The notes under the pieces are model-generated. The model saw only the letters and a list, made by a program, of their open reading frames with translations. It did not search any database and was not told the origin of the DNA. A DNA stretch of 64,000 nucleotides from Phallusia mammillata (taxonomy: Eukaryota): the NCBI GenBank assembly GCA_965637545.1, contig OZ281495.1:7874001-7938000 (forward strand), in the 5' to 3' direction. This document shows positions 46,177-59,070 of this stretch, one piece after another (the stretch's first letter is position 1; each line of letters begins with the position of its first letter). A program made the translations under genes and the position numbers.

Positions 46177-46199
46177 CTCCACCGACAATGATCGAAAAG
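46177..46199 (-). promoter_or_regulatory. RPS27A: RPS27A non-coding first exon with 5' TOP (oligopyrimidine) start
   Basis: CTTTTCGATCATTGTCGGTGGAG followed by a GTAGGT donor. Acceptor TTTTACAG at 45944 precedes the ATG exon. Confidence 0.7.
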
Positions 46200-46425
46200 A
46201 CTTGCCTCGTGTGCAATTTTTTTCTCGTTGCTCCTGGGCTCACAACGGTTCAGGCGTTTTGTTTGCGCGAAAAAAGAATTTTCTAATAAGATTTCTATAC
46301 TGTTACATCTTATGGTTAAATTTGTGTCGATTGATGGCAATTTTACGAACAATCCAATCAAACAACCTTTTCGTTGTTACTTACGAGTTCTTTCTACACG
46401 TGGAAATAAAAATGCCTCTCGTATA

Positions 46426-46823
46426 CCGTATTTACTCGATTGTAAGCCGCGGTTTATATTGTTTTTTTACCTGCCGTTTGTGCGGCTTACAATCGGGTGA
46501 GGCTTACATTATAATTTTATATCGATATTATTTCTACACTCCAACTTGTTTATTTAGGTTTCAAAACTTGTTTGCATGTACAGATTATACGTCGACATAC
46601 ATTCTGTTGGGCACAGTTATCAACGTACGTAACAGATGTGGGCAAATTGTTACCGGTATACTCACCCGATCCGTCTGGAAGTCCTCGATTGACGGATCGG
46701 GTGGTATACTATGTAAGAATTGAAAGATGGAATGCGTTTCTTGTTAAAAGAGCTTTTAAATGTTATCCTTTTCTAGTAGACAGAAATATGCTAGAAATAT
46801 ATTTTATATTATACTTACTACGG
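46426..46823. mobile_element. Degenerate Tc1/pogo-type MITE
   Basis: TA-flanked ends CCGTATTTACTCGATTGTAAGCCGC ... TACGG. A related terminus occurs near 42722. Confidence 0.5.
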
Positions 46824-47311
46824 TAATCGTATAAAGATTGTATGATCCCAAATCACTTCTAAATTTGGGGACTGATCAGAGCAGTTGCTCTTAACCTTTG
46901 TTTGAACAGAGCCAGTAAAATGAGTTAAAGTAATAACTAATAACCCATTATGGACCTTCTATTTTTAATAAGCACACATTTCGGGTGGAATATTTACTAA
47001 AATCTTTTAAAATGTAATGACCCTGGTTTAAAGATAACTGTCTCCGATAATGTAATACAATTCCCAAACTAAAAACGTGAAGGTTCACAGCGGTATAGCA
47101 GTGTATGTGATTGGGAGGTAAAATATGTAATGCCCCCATTGTCCTGGTGTTTCCTGTGATCGACAAACTTAGTGACAACTGACAGACAACAATAAACTAA
47201 CAATGTTTACAAAATGCAAATATATTTTATCAAGCAAAAAGTACAAAAACTCAAAAATGATTGACATGATAGAAAAAATCAAAAAGGAAGGCAGTTTTTT
47301 TTCAAACCCAC

Positions 47312-48913
47312 TCATGTTTTGCAGGAAAAACACAAAGCACTTTCTGTTGAGCCTTCATAGCTGCAAAAAAAGGAATTTAGTTGCATAATTTTGCTAGTTG
47401 TCAAAAAGAGTTTCAAACTAGGGCAGTGGTTCTCAAACTTATACTGATTGTTGTGGTGACTTTTTCCATTGCTGCATACCACCTAAATCTTGTTTAAAGG
47501 GTAGATCAACAGTTATTTTTGACTACTGGAGCTTACTTATAAAACCAGCATGTTAGCAATTCCTTAAAAAACGTATACAACACAGGTTCTGCCAAAACCA
47601 GGACTGATCAGTTGGGTCAGTTGCGCAGCAATTCTTGATGTGGCTTAAATTAAGTATATATAGCAGAAAGATAATCGCGTACCAGTAAAGCCCTGACATG
47701 CCACTAGTGGTATGTATATCACAGTTTGAGAACCACTGCAGTAAGGAAGCAAATAGGTTTAAGTGCAATGATAATTTAGTTTTCATATAGTTTGTGATGC
47801 AGTTTGATCAGTGTTAACCAGTGTGCTATTTAAGAATACATTTTTACAAGAAAAATAAACAAGACATATTTTTATTAGAAAAATTTGCAAATTGGGATCT
47901 TGTCAGAATCATACCTGAGAATGGAACAATTTGAACAATACTGTTTGTCACAACTGGCGCATGTTCTGCCACAACTTTGGCAAATGCTATTCAGGCAAAA
48001 TTCACAATTGGATGTTGGAGATAGATGACTGCATGCATTGGGTAGTTGAACTGCACAAAAGGGTAAAGAAAGCAATCACAAAAATGTCATTCAAACTTGT
48101 ACAACTTTACCACAAGCCAATAAATGATAAGTGAGCTGCAGACACTGTTTTGACAAATAAGGTCTTATGACTACTATAGCCAATATTGCCTATATCTTGT
48201 CACTAGTTGCACTGATGAGATCTTATAGGTAGAAACAGTGTGTACTGTCTGCAAGTTATGTACGTTTTTACCTGTTTTAGGATGAATTTGCTTCTGGTTA
48301 TGTGGTTTATTTCCTTTGCTGAAAAACTCAATAATACTTTTTTGTTGGTGTTTTTCACATGATTCAATATTATCATCATTATTGTTTAGAACATTTTGTT
48401 CATCTTGTTCAATTTTGGAGTAAAACTGCTTGGCTCCATTCAACAAAAGCTGTCGTGTGTGATCTAGAAAAATAAAGCATTCCGGTTTTGTAAGTCTTAT
48501 CAAATTATACCGATCACAGTATGCATTCTTTACCAAAATTAAAAATCATTTTGTCAATATATTACAAACAAAATCAATTGCAATTTAGTTATAACCTAGA
48601 AGTTCGTCTACATGTACAAGAGAAAAAGAAGAAAACCTTATCTAAATAAAAAAACAAGGCCTGCTGTATTCCCCTGTACAAAGACCAAGATAAAATTGAA
48701 AATTGACACATATTGCACAAACGATTTGGCACCTGCTTAGTTTTGAATCAAATTGATACGTTTATGTGCATAAGTTCACAACCACAAGAACCAACCTAGA
48801 ATAGCATATTTGTAACTTGCTCCATCAATTCCATTAGCAACTTCTTTTGTACTGATGTGTGTTTTCATTTGCATTGGCGTGTCTTCACTCCAAGGATTTT
48901 GCCTTTTCGTCAT
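47312..48913 (-). CDS. SIVA1: Apoptosis regulatory protein Siva, 164 aa
   Basis: Exons 48913-48796, 48463-48272, 48050-47915 and 47360-47312. MTKRQNPW..PMQMKTHIS, TRQLLLNGAK, C-terminal Cys-rich zinc-finger region ending ALCFSCKT*. Confidence 0.88.
47424..47738. mobile_element. hAT-Charlie-like MITE in SIVA1 intron 3
   Basis: TIR CAGTGGTTCTCAAACT / AGTTTGAGAACCACTG. TSD eroded. Confidence 0.75.
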
Positions 48914-51900
48914 CTCTGAGTTTTGTTTAAACTATTGAAAACAAAAAAGTACTGCTCTATGAACTGCACAATACGCCGATTTTCAAAATTCCAAATCTTG
49001 CTGCACTCTTTAGGAACTTGTTTTGGTCGCGTAAAAACAATCTCTGACACTATCAGTCTTTGACGTAGCCCATGTAAGTCCTGTTTACTTATTTTCCACA
49101 AAGATTTTTTGTTTACAATTTGCAAACATAATAGTTGTATTCTTGTATATTATTTGTAGTGTTTAAACAATTTATAATAAAATTCAAAAAAGTGCTTAGA
49201 CAAAGAAATAACCACCATAACATTTAACAAATTTGTATCCTCGCTACGATCCAACTGAATAACAAGTGTTATTTTGCGAACACTTACGGTATTCAAGTTC
49301 GGCAGCTGTCATGATGACACTGACAAGGGCTTTGGCAACAGTATGAGCCAAAGCCTTCATTTCAGCACGGTCAAAAGAGCTGAACATTGGCAAATTTTGT
49401 ATAGTGTCTCGCAAAGCAGGCGGTCCTAAGAGCCTTCCATCGATCGGACTGGCGCAATTGGGTAAAATTTTGTCATCATCTCATCTCCTATTCAATTCAA
49501 GTCAATTGTAAAAGATATCGGAAATGATTTTTTTCTTGTGTCTGTTGTCAGCAGAAAACCAGGTTCAGTGCAGTACGTAACTAATAATATATAATTGGAC
49601 ATTTTTTGGCTAGATTCGCAAAGTATAACCATCCGACTTGTTTCATTTCACTGTGGAATATTTGCATTTGAGCTTGATTCAGATTTAATTTCTTGTGTTT
49701 GGCATCGAGCATACGGTTGATTAGGTTTCTAAGAAATGGTACAAATCAACCAACACAAAATAAAAATTAACTAGCCTACTGTAAAGTTTACTCGTAGTTT
49801 CTTTGTCTTGCTTATGAAATCTTTGTTTTCTGAGCGTGTTGATTAAACATAACATTGTGCAAACAACTGATTAAGATATTTATTGAGTTGATTGTGTTTG
49901 ATTGGTCATTCCTGTCTTCAGTCGAACTTGTCGTATCAAAGAATCATCTGCAAGTCATTCGGTCGAAAGAAAACTCGTTACCCTCAGACTAGTATGGTTG
50001 ACAGACTTGAACTTAGCGAAGGTTTGATAGCGCTGCAAATTAAGTTTGACGAATGGTGGTAACGAGGCTTGTCATTTTTAAACGGCCTCAATAAACTTTT
50101 TTGCAACGATGACTAGTAGACCGAGTTTAATTCGAAATTTGTGAAATAAAACGTATGACAAACAATTGGTTTGTTTTTGGATGGGTTTGCCTCGGACCTG
50201 CGCTCTAGAGCTACAAAATATATTATCAGCTACCCTATGCACAAGTGCAAAGTGCAAAGAAGACTAAAAAAATACATAGTCCATCTTTTTACCACAACAG
50301 CATCGGGACAAAACCGTGACCGAGCGCTCGGCGTCGCAGGTCGTCGCGCAAATTTGAAGCTCGTTTACTTTGACGATGCGACGGGCGATAAATAAGCGCT
50401 TCTGCTTGCCGCGGGCCACGGGATAGCGCTTATCTTTCTTCGCGCGTCAGTCGCGCCGGGGCTTCGGGATCGCTGGGTCGTCGCGCCACTTTGGGATTTG
50501 ACACTTGGGCAACGGTGCGATGTCTTTTTAGTGTGCGGGAAGGCGTCGCAAGGTATATGAAGGTGTCAGTGAGCTGAATGCTGCGTGTCGTCTAGCTCAA
50601 GTCGCTGCCCGTCACCGTGTACTTAGACGCCAGACCTGTTTTGATAGATGACAGACGGCCGCCTGGAAAACGACGAGAGAGTCATGTAGAAAACAGCCAG
50701 CTAGTAAGAACAAGCCCTGTTGTAAAACGGTCTCGCAAACAACGGTTTAGTACAGGCGAACGTATCTGAATGTAACCAGAAAAACTGTTTGCTGCTTGTA
50801 AGGTTTTGTTTTGTAAAAGTCAGGCTGAAACATATTGTCACACAGTCGATAAGTGTAAGATCTTTACATTGTATTGTATAGGTTGTACATGTAGAGGCAG
50901 GCAGAAATGCAATACGTAAACCATCGACCCGTACTGTATTGCTATAGTGCAGGTCTTGTTAGAAACTTTAAGCATGAAACAAGTTTCGACAAGTTGAGTT
51001 AAGTTGAGTTTTTCAAAGTCATTTCTTTTATATTTTTGTTGGGTCAAAATGTTGAAGACCTTGCTATAGAGTGTAGAACTTACAAGTTGAACCACTTCAC
51101 CAATATATCCATACGGTTCTTCTGTACTGTGGTATAGTATAGTCATACCAAGCTGAACACAAACAGAAGCTGAGGCAACAATTCCCAAGCATAAGTGGCT
51201 TTTCGTGTGCAATTAGTTAAGCACCCCGCGGTTGGGAGTGGAACATTGAACAGCAGTCTCAGAGAGAATGGCTGGATGGTGGTCGTGCTGCTGGCAGAAC
51301 TGCTTGTACACGCCAAGGCATGTAATTTGATAAAACGCCTTGTGACAAATAATACCAGCGCAGTCGGCCGAAGCGACTTAATAACTAGGATTTGCCTCAG
51401 ACCTCGTACTTTCGAGCTTTGTGATTCAAGCGTTTGTTTGATGGGATTTTGTTATTGACGCAATATACTTGAAAAACTCCCATAGGAATGCCCGTCGCGG
51501 AACTGTAAAGCCTCGTTCACGAGCAATCATTCTGCTTCAGACCGTGACCGGTTTTTGACTTGTATATTAGTGAAGTGTAAAAAACGTCTTGTGACTCGCT
51601 TTTAGCACAAACAAGACAATTGTGGCACAATAACCGCGCCGCAGTCGCCAAACAATTGAGAAACCGCCGCCGCTGCAAGGTAACCGCATTCTTTCGGTTG
51701 CCAGCCCTCGGCAAGACACAGCGGTTGGTTGGTCACGTGACACTGCGGGAGGTCGTGCGTTTTACGAGTTCAAGTCCGAATGAGACGTTAAAAGGACAAA
51801 CTCGCCCTCGGTTGGGGCTTGCCGGCTGTGGTACGTCTTTTGGACGACAGACGCCGTATCTGCCTACTGTGACATTTGCAATCCTCCCCTTGTCGTCTGC

Positions 51901-52654
51901 TGGTTTCATCAAATGCTCGCCCGGATTTTTGAGGCCTCCATTGTTGTATTGAATTGCGGCATTGTGCGGTCTGTCTCGGACCCGCTGGGAGCTGAAAGCA
52001 TTCAGATTTTAATCGAACGGTTTTCGGGCAGTGGTCCGTGGTTTAAGGTTTGTGTCGCGTTGTAGGATCTTGAAAGCTTTGAAACATAATTTTCTTTGGA
52101 CATGTTCTAACATCTATGCCTAATTCCCATGTTATGCCTAATTCCCATGCCCGACATTTTGCCACACAAATCCACGTGAACACCTCGTGCAGTTTACAAC
52201 TGCGCGGTCACGCCCATGCCCCGCCCTTACAACGGTCAGGATATTATATGCTGAAATTTCTCTGCGGTAAGGCCTATCCCTTAGCAGAACACTAAATAAT
52301 TCGGTTTTGAACGCATTGTTAGCATTGCGTTTGTAAGCCAGGAATGCAAATGCCATTTGATACAATGATTTGATTTAAATTGATTTTGCCGTTTTTATTT
52401 TATAGCTACCCCTCTCAAAAAGGTTACGGTCTGGATTTATCATTTTTTTCGGGTTTATTTGTTGTTGTGTTTCATCATTGGATCGGTTCAATGAGTTCAT
52501 TGGACCATACGTAGACTGGTCTTTAAATATATGGATTGTGTTTCCAGCGGTGTATGTAGGCCTATGTACATGTTAGCCTTACAAAATGTTATCAATGTTT
52601 GCTGGTTTGTTCGGAGTATTATTGATGAACGTTGAGAGAGTTTTGTGTTGATCG

Positions 52655-52955
52655 CAAAGTTGTAAGTCGGCTCGGGCTTTTCGGGCCAGGTTCGGGCTTC
52701 AGGCGAGTTTCTTAAAGGGAAAACGGGCTTGATTCGGGCCTGACTTTACACTTTGTGTCAGTAATTGCTTTTTAAATAAATGTAACTAGCTTAGTAACCA
52801 GTTTGCTGGACCTGTGTTGGTTGTTTTGGTCTTTTCTGAGATTTTAATGTATAGGCCTGTCAATCAAAGTTTCGGGCCTAAACGGGCTTTCCAAAAACGA
52901 TTCGGGTTTGTACTGTCGGGTTTGGACTCCAGGGTCAGACCCGTTTACCACTCTG
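52655..52955. mobile_element. hAT-like MITE, same family as 38926-39205
   Basis: Termini CAAAGTTGTAAGTCGG / CCCGTTTACCACTCTG, TSD GTTGATCG / GTTGATTG. Confidence 0.8.
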
Positions 52956-55495
52956 GTTGATTGTAAGTGTTGGTACTGCGTTATAATTTTACAATTAAAG
53001 TAAACGTAAAATATAGTTTCTAAATTTAGTTTATTTGGCCCTGGACAGGATTTATACCCTTATAGCTTTAGTCCGCCGAACGTGTTAGCTTTTTGACAAA
53101 CGTTACTGCCCTTGGCCTGTGTTCAACGGAATTTCGTCACGATTTAAAAAAAATGTGAAACACGATCGGTGCTTTTGGGGAATAGTTCAGCGTTTCGATG
53201 AATTCCAAGCTTCAAAGTTAAAACTTAAAAATCTCAAAAAGTTTTGTTGGCATTGAAAATTGCAAACATGCCCAAATTTAGGCGCATTTACACAACAATG
53301 GGAAAAAGTGCAAAAGACAATCTAAGATTCATTGTGTATATTGGCTGTTGTTAAATATTTGGTGTTCTCTTAGCGGGGTTTAATAGATGGGTCTGTTTGT
53401 CTTTAATATTCCTGTTTGTGTGATGGAATGTATAGTCGCAAGTTTATAAAAAAAAGTATGTTGGTTAACAGTATTTAATTTGTTGAAAAAAAAAAAAAAA
53501 CGTTTCAAAGCGTATTCGTGCTGAAAATACGTTCGAATCTATTCTATTCTTAGCCATTGCACTTCTACCCTATTGATTTCAAGGAGCCATGTTTTTTTTT
53601 CAATTCCATTTCGTGCTTGCTGTAACTGTGTGCGTGGAAACATGGGCTGTATCGAGCGGACCAGTTTCGCAAAAGCCTAGGAACCCGGTAAGCTGCATCG
53701 GCCGTCCAACCGATTGTGTGTTTTCCGTCTTGCGGCACGGCGCTCGATGTGCGATGGCCTGTTAAAACCAAACTGCGAAAAACCGTGGCCTCATGCAAAT
53801 TAGGTGAAAGCCTTTCGACGTAGAGACGATGCGATTAAAATCAACAGCAGGTCAATGTACTCAGCAGCTCGTGGTCGTTCGTTTGCTAGTTTACTTGCTA
53901 TTTGGACTGGCGCAAAGCATTCTATAAAAGCGTAGCAGCTGTAAACATCGCTGGTCTTGGAAGGTTTAATCTTTTGGTGTTTGTATGTGGCATCGGATTG
54001 ACAATATCACACAGAAGGCCATAGAGGGCTACAGCTTGCCGTTTAAGAATTGTCGAGCAGCTTGAGGCCGCGAGTTTATTTACAGTGTTTATGATTCAGT
54101 CATTGCTGTTTGCGCGGAGGCAAAAACAGATTGTCAGATTTCGTTGTTTTAGCATCAATTTTTAATAAACAGCGCATAACTCGATGTTTTTGTTTTTACC
54201 GACTTGCAACAAACTGTACTTTTAAGCACATTTTGTCATCTGCGTCAACTTTCGTTTCTATGCACCACAAATGGGGTTAATTTTACAAGAACATGAAATA
54301 AATTGACGTTTTTTTTTTATGTATCGTCCAATTATAAAAGATGTATTAGAGCAGGTGCTCAACTGATTGGTCTCATGCATCTAAATTCGACAGCCAATTC
54401 AGCTGACAGCTGTATTTTCGCTAAAAACAGGGTTACTGGGTTAGACTGGCATTTCTCAACATTCTTAGAGTCGCGTTTCGTAAGCTGGTCTTTGGCAGAG
54501 TTTGTAGAGATTGACTTGATGCGAACAGATGGAACTCGAAAAGTGGTTTAATCAAAAAAATAACTGCCGAAGTGCTTGAATGCAATCAATACATTGTACT
54601 GCAGACTTTTTACCAATAGCTGTCACTATCATAATTGCAAATTCAAAACTATTTGGCACCTTACAGCGTTAAATTGTCTGCAATAGCATGTATTCATTAC
54701 ACTTAAGCCTTTTTTCGACTTGTTCTTTTGATGAAGAAGACCGTGAACAATATTTTTTTTGGTTTATTTTTCTTGGTCCGTGTTTGAACTCAGCAACAGA
54801 TGGCAATCACACCGGACGCAACAACAGCAGCAGCAGCCGTAAGTGGGGAGAACGCATCAATATTTGCGCCTCGGGAGCTGCAAAATCGTTCGCGATGCAC
54901 GTATATGACGTCACAAGCATGTTCGTCCGTTCGGTGTTCGCTCACAATCGTAAAATTCTAGATTACCGCCTTTGGGTATGCAATGTCGCGATGGTGTAAT
55001 TCATATCTTGGCTGGGGCTTTTTTAGTGAGCGGGAAATTTCGTTTGGTTTTCTTATTCGTCTCAGTTTTGTGTTTGGCAATGGCAGTTCGGTTGTCCCCG
55101 TGTGCTTCAATTTGGAAATGCCCGCGTGAGACCGTTAAAGCACAATATAGCATCTTGTATTTAACTTCAGTTGCTGGGGTTGGTATCTGAGATTTTCAAA
55201 TCCACGTTTTAAAATGCTTTGTTGTGTGATCAATTTTGCCACGTTGAAATACGCGATTAAAAGCGTTTCTTGTTTACATTAAAGCCACAATGCGCCGATT
55301 TTTGACTTAGTGCGGCTAAACATATTTACCAAATCTACGTTCAAGACCTTTCGTCGCTAAATTCTACATCAGACAAATCATGTTTGAAGTTTAGTTTCAA
55401 TTCTAAGGAATAATTATAGGTCCCCTTCCCTGAGGGGGACACATATTGATTTTACTCAAAATGTTTGTTTTTTTGTTTTTTTTTTCTTCTACCCA

Positions 55496-55948
55496 AAGTT
55501 TATCCGACTCGTTTTTCCATCAAATCCTTGATGGATTTGAATTTACACAGATGGTAGATGTAGTTATGTAGATGTGCATCCCACTTTGTTTTTGTTGATA
55601 ACCCCAGTATTTACCCCGCTAGCCCCCTAAAATGGTATTTCCCCCCCGAAGTTTGTCTGACTCGTTTTGCCATCAAATGCTTGATGGATGTGGCTGAAAC
55701 TTATACAGATGGTAGATGTAGTTATGTAGATGTGCATTCCACTTTGTTTTTGTTGATAACCCCAGTATTTACCCCGCTAGCCCCCTAAAATGGGTATTTT
55801 CCCCCGAAGTTTGTCCGACTCGTTTTTCTATCAAATGCTTGATGGATGTGGCTGAAACTTATACAGATGGTAGATATAGTTATGTAGATGTGCATTCCAC
55901 TTTGTTTGTCCGGATAACCCTAGTATTTACCCCGCTAGCCCCCTAAAA
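55496..55948. repeat. Tandem repeat, 3 units of 153-158 bp
   Basis: Units start at 55496, 55649 and 55807 (AAGTT..CCGACTCG..GATGGTAGAT..CCGCTAGCCCCCTAAAA). A diverged fourth unit lies near 56940-57050. Confidence 0.92.
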
Positions 55949-55978
55949 GGGGTGAGTTTGTAAACAATGTCAGAATTG

Positions 55979-56789
55979 CAGGGTTGGGTAACGAGTCCCA
56001 TCAGTCGAGTCTCAAGTCAAGTCAAGTCAGTAGGGGTTCGAGTCCCAAGTCAAGTCGAGTCAGAAGGGATTCGAGTCTCAAGTCGAGTCGAGTCATTAGC
56101 GGTTCGAGTCTCAAGTCGAGTCAAGTCATTAGCAGTTCGAGTCAAGGCAAGTCACAAAAAGTTTTTGAAAAGAGATAGTTAATCTATTTGAATGGTTCAT
56201 CGCGCCCTTTTTAACTTAAAACGGACACCGCTTCATTACAATCAACAAATCCTATTAAGGTCCCTTTCTTAGAGTAGAGTTAACTTTAATAAAACCTGTT
56301 AATTGACACTTATTAAACAGTGTGGAAAAGAACGTTAACCTGTTCATAGGAGTTTTTGAAAACCGAAAATTCATATTTTACTGCATGCACTAGAGCGTTT
56401 GTTCAGTAATATAAGCGCTTAAAAGCGAATACTTGGCCTTGGCATGTACTGCATTCGATTACCCTAAAACCCAAGCAATTAGTACAACGCTTAATGTCAG
56501 CGTAAGAAAGTTTAGCAAAATGTAGCAGCGACTTCGTACGTTAAAATTAAGCAAAAATAACTGCGCATCGCACAGTAAATTGCTGCTGTTGTTTGGTTGA
56601 AGCCAACTGAACAGGTTATCTATTAAGTTATAAGAAATTTCCGTTTTGTTGATGAAATAACGAGTCCAAGTCAAGTCGAGTCTTTTCACAACTAAGACTC
56701 GAGTCAAGTCGAGTCTTTTGAAAAGGTGACTCGAGTCGGACTCGAGTCGGACTCGAGTCGAGTCACTGACTCGAGTCTCCCCATCACTG
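55979..56789. mobile_element. hAT-type element with (G/A)AGTC pentamer subterminal arrays, nested in the Helentron-like element
   Basis: Termini CAGGGTTGGG / CCCCATCACTG, perfect TSD CAGAATTG at 55971-55978 and 56790-56797. Arrays at about 55995-56150 and 56660-56778. Confidence 0.88.
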
Positions 56790-57398
56790 CAGAATTGACT
56801 AAAATTTGGATAGCTTGTAAAGTATGCCAATTATCGTTATTGCGCCATTGCAGTTCGGGGGTTTGTTAACAGCCCTTTGACGTCAGAAACATTAACGGTT
56901 GTTGCTCAAAACACCTCTAGTGGTCGAAATTTTTGAACGTTGGCAGATTGGACTGAAATTTTGCAGTACTATTGATTGAGTCATTGTGGTTTCCTACTTT
57001 AAAGTTTGTGTGTGTTGAACTCAATTAGTTATCCTACTAGCCCCCCTAAAATGAGTTTTTTGATTTAAATAGTTTTTACTCCATATAGCATATTTAGATG
57101 TGCACAGTACCAATCACTGTGTTTGTCTTCACAATACCAAACTTACTCATTGTTATCTATTGAATTGCATTATTTTCAACTTTGCATGTGTGGGGACCCA
57201 TGAGTTTTTGCCTGCAGAAACAACCAAGGTTATAAAAGACGATGGCTAATATGGGACCCAATACAAAATAAGCATAGGAAATATATTTATGTTTTAAAAT
57301 AGATCAAAGTGTATGTGCAAGGGCAATATATGCTAAGCCACCCTTCTAGTATGTAGTTTGCCTGTTATGGTGTTCTTAGTTTATGTCAGTCAAAAGAA

Positions 57399-57652
57399 CA
57401 AGCATTTCGTCTATTTAGCACTTGAATTCCTTATTCCGATAGAACTTATACATCGAGCTGGTAAAACAATGTTATTTGATGGCGTAGCCTTAGGTTTCGT
57501 TCAATATTATCATGTTTCTAGGTTATACCAGTTCAAGGACCAAGCATTTTGCTTTTTTAGAACTTGAATTCTTTATTCGAATAGAACTTGTCCATCTAGC
57601 ATGCAAAACAGTGTTGTTTGTGGGCGTAACCCAATTTTCGTTCAACGTTATC
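57399..57652. repeat. Diverged tandem duplication, period 142 bp
   Basis: CAAGCATTT..ACTTGAATTC..ATAGAACTT..TTTCGTTCAA..TTATC starting at 57399 and 57541. Confidence 0.75.
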
Positions 57653-59020
57653 GCCGAGATGGATCATGCACATCGGGGACAGATAATTATCGCGCAGCAA
57701 ATCGATACAACAAGGTCGCCTTGCTCCCAGGGAAATTTTCCCAGCTGTTCGTTGCCAAGCACTACACGCTCCGTTTCGCTGCACTGCGCTCAGATGGTCG
57801 TAACAAATTGTAAACGCGTGTTGCTTGGCTTCACTGGTGACGGCCGCTGAGTGGAAAATCGTGCGACAGTTAATTGAGGCTACACAACGACAAAATACGG
57901 GTCGTAGATATTTACTCTTTTCAAAATCTCAACGTCTAAAGCAAACGTATCTTGGAACATGACTTACATCACATTGACGAAAACTTGTGATTTTTTAAAA
58001 TTAAACATCAAATATTTTGGGGAAAACTATCTGAATTGATGCGACTTGTGTAAAATATTTCAACGAACAAAAATACCAACTTTTGCAGTAAAAATAGCTT
58101 TCCAACAAGCCTATCGACTTTAAAGTGCTAATGCTGCTTAACAAATGTCTTGCTTGGTATTTTGAAGTCTTCAGTAAGGGAAAAAATACTTTTACTTTTA
58201 TGGCAACTTAGGCAAAGAAACAACGCAAGTCAAATTGCATCCCAATTTTTACTATCAATCCTTCAAACACGCTAAAGTCAACCAATAGATGCATTTCTTG
58301 TTCACGAAAGTATCCATTTAAACGTAACATGCATTTGCTCAGGTGTTTTCCAACTAGACATCGGAACATTGTATTGCGTTGAGTGTGAATTCAACGTCGC
58401 AATACACACTATTTACATCAATTACATCGCAGCTCACAAAGGCAGCAGTTGTTTCGTCTTATATCCCTTTTGCTGTCATAACCATCCGTATTATTATTGC
58501 TACTCGGCGCCTCTTGCAAACGGCCTCGAACTTTCTCGCTAGCTTTTTCGTACACCCGAGACGTGCAATTAGAATGACGACCGCTTATTTATTCTGTGAC
58601 ACCGACGCTTCGAAATCAAGACCACTTCGAGGAACTGTCATGATTTATTAACGATCTGACGCCTATCTTTCCCACGAACTGTGAGAAAATCGAAACAAAA
58701 ATATAAAGCTCTGAACCCAACTTAAACGAGTTTATGTAAACACAATACTAATAGGGTATTTCAATAAAGTTTGAAAGGCGGTTTAGGGACCGATGCAACA
58801 ATAGATGAGCGGTAATGGCGCATTTCAGCTTTATAACCTACCTTGTGTGGTCAACGGTTTTTGATTGGAAAGAAGGTTAAGTTTTTAGCCATGATTTTCG
58901 GAAGTTGTTTTCAGAAGGCAAAATTCTTTTCAAATTTAGGAAGAAAAAAGTAAACAGTCCTTAAACATATCGACGTGTTTAAAATTTGTCGATATGCCTT
59001 ATTTAATGTTGAGTTTAATT

Positions 59021-59070
59021 GTCACGTGATCGAATCCGTGATCACGTGACGAGGCGTGACAACCAATCGC
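59021..59070. promoter_or_regulatory. Promoter-like cluster: two palindromic E-boxes (TCACGTGA) and a CCAAT box
   Basis: GTCACGTGAT at 59021, ATCACGTGAC at 59041, CCAAT at 59063. Motif presence only; no linked gene found. Confidence 0.35.

Larger units (their letters stand above)
55418..57350 (-). mobile_element. Helentron/DINE-1-like non-autonomous element with internal tandem core repeats
   Basis: Hairpin GTCCCC-TTCCCTGAG-GGGGAC at 55420-55440, both ends shared with the 24.3-kb copy, internal ~155-bp repeats, nested hAT insertion. Confidence 0.65.

Noticed and set aside
47875-47914. Read-through SIVA1 C-terminus RYDSDKIPICKFF*
   Set aside because: A GT donor at 47914 and a phase-matched exon 47360-47312 restore the terminal CxxC, so the spliced model is better.
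50838-51460. Hydrophobic minus-strand ORF pieces resembling a membrane protein
   Set aside because: No family motif, no splice framework, and they conflict with the equally weak opposite-strand signal nearby.
55967-56830. Ser/Arg-rich ORFs (SRVSSQV.., SSLKSSRV..)
   Set aside because: They are translations of the pentamer arrays of the nested hAT element.
55496-57652. Repeat arrays as CRISPR-like structures
   Set aside because: The context is eukaryotic, the units are contiguous with no unique spacers, and there are no cas-like genes.
57358-57850. Two similar ORFs suggesting a repeated protein module
   Set aside because: The similarity is explained by the 142-bp DNA duplication and is equal in several frames, with indels and stops.
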